Shown: piece after piece, positions 31,675-32,000 of the stretch | How the letters are laid out: each line of letters opens with the position of its first letter | Numbering within the stretch: position 1 is the first letter of the stretch | From: Mycobacterium phage Fastidio | Strand: one strand, 5' to 3' | Length of the DNA stretch: 32,000 nt | Sequence record: PQ244011.1 | Made by a program: the position numbers and the translations under genes | Notes under the pieces: generated by a model | What the model saw: the letters and a program-made list of their open reading frames with translations, nothing else | What the model was told of the DNA's origin: nothing | Database searches by the model: none

Positions 31675-32000
31675 TGCCACGCGCGCCAAAGGTCTGCCGA
31701 CACGCAGGCTGCACCACACTCACCACAACCGGCACATGTCCCCAACACACCACACACCGCTGGGGCAACCACCAAGGACGCAAAGTCCCACACTGGTTGC
31801 AGCGAGCCACCTTCCGGCGCGACAATTGGACCTGCCAAAGCTGCGGACACACCGCGACTCCCGGCAGTGGACAACTCCACGCCGACCACATCCAACCCCG
31901 ATCACGCGGCGGCACAGACACACTCGACAACATGCGCACCCTATGCAAGGCATGCCACGCGCCGAAGTCCCGCGCCGAGGCCCGCGGATCGAACACCTGA
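31674..32000 (+). CDS. HNH endonuclease
   Basis: FRRDNWTCQSCGHTATPGSGQLHADHIQPRSRGGTDTLDNMRTLCKACHAPKSRAEARG. Confidence 0.88.
   Translation: MPRAPKVCRHAGCTTLTTTGTCPQHTTHRWGNHQGRKVPHWLQRATFRRDNWTCQSCGHTATPGSGQLHADHIQPRSRGGTDTLDNMRTLCKACHAPKSRAEARGSNT

Overview
The window is a contiguous, high-GC, densely packed segment of a temperate actinobacteriophage or prophage. The lysin B, WhiB, DUF732-like and Mom-like genes point to a host with a mycolic-acid envelope. From left to right it contains: the end of a tail-fibre/minor tail region (~1-1519); a small divergent accessory locus (HTH plus secreted Cys/His peptide, 1525-2155); a lysis module (LysA, LysB, holin and membrane protein, 2943-5758); a DEDD-type exonuclease; and a strong bidirectional terminator at 7224-7275. 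Next comes a minus-strand accessory operon (7420-8554) encoding a SLOG/DprA-like Rossmann protein, an HTH protein, a Zn-ribbon peptide and a one-TM peptide. It is followed by an attP site made of the 3' half of a tRNA-Lys(CTT) flanked by paired arm-type repeats (8703-8909), a tyrosine integrase, a small Xre-type regulator, a BRO-type antirepressor and an excisionase-like protein. A long early operon of very small overlapping genes follows, with two WhiB proteins, an AAA ATPase, HNH plus DNA methyltransferase, a replication-organiser-like protein, and a Mom-like DNA-modification gene bracketed by duplicated sequence. The right end carries a glycan/transferase cassette (dual GT-A glycosyltransferase, kinase-fold protein, GT25-like protein) and a terminal HNH endonuclease. 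The best candidates for undescribed biology are the minus-strand SLOG/TM locus next to attP, the glycosyltransferase-kinase-glycosyltransferase cassette, the Mom gene embedded in duplicated flanks, and a compositional island at ~19.7-21.2 kb with its own putative promoter. All assignments were made by eye from motifs; no database search was run.
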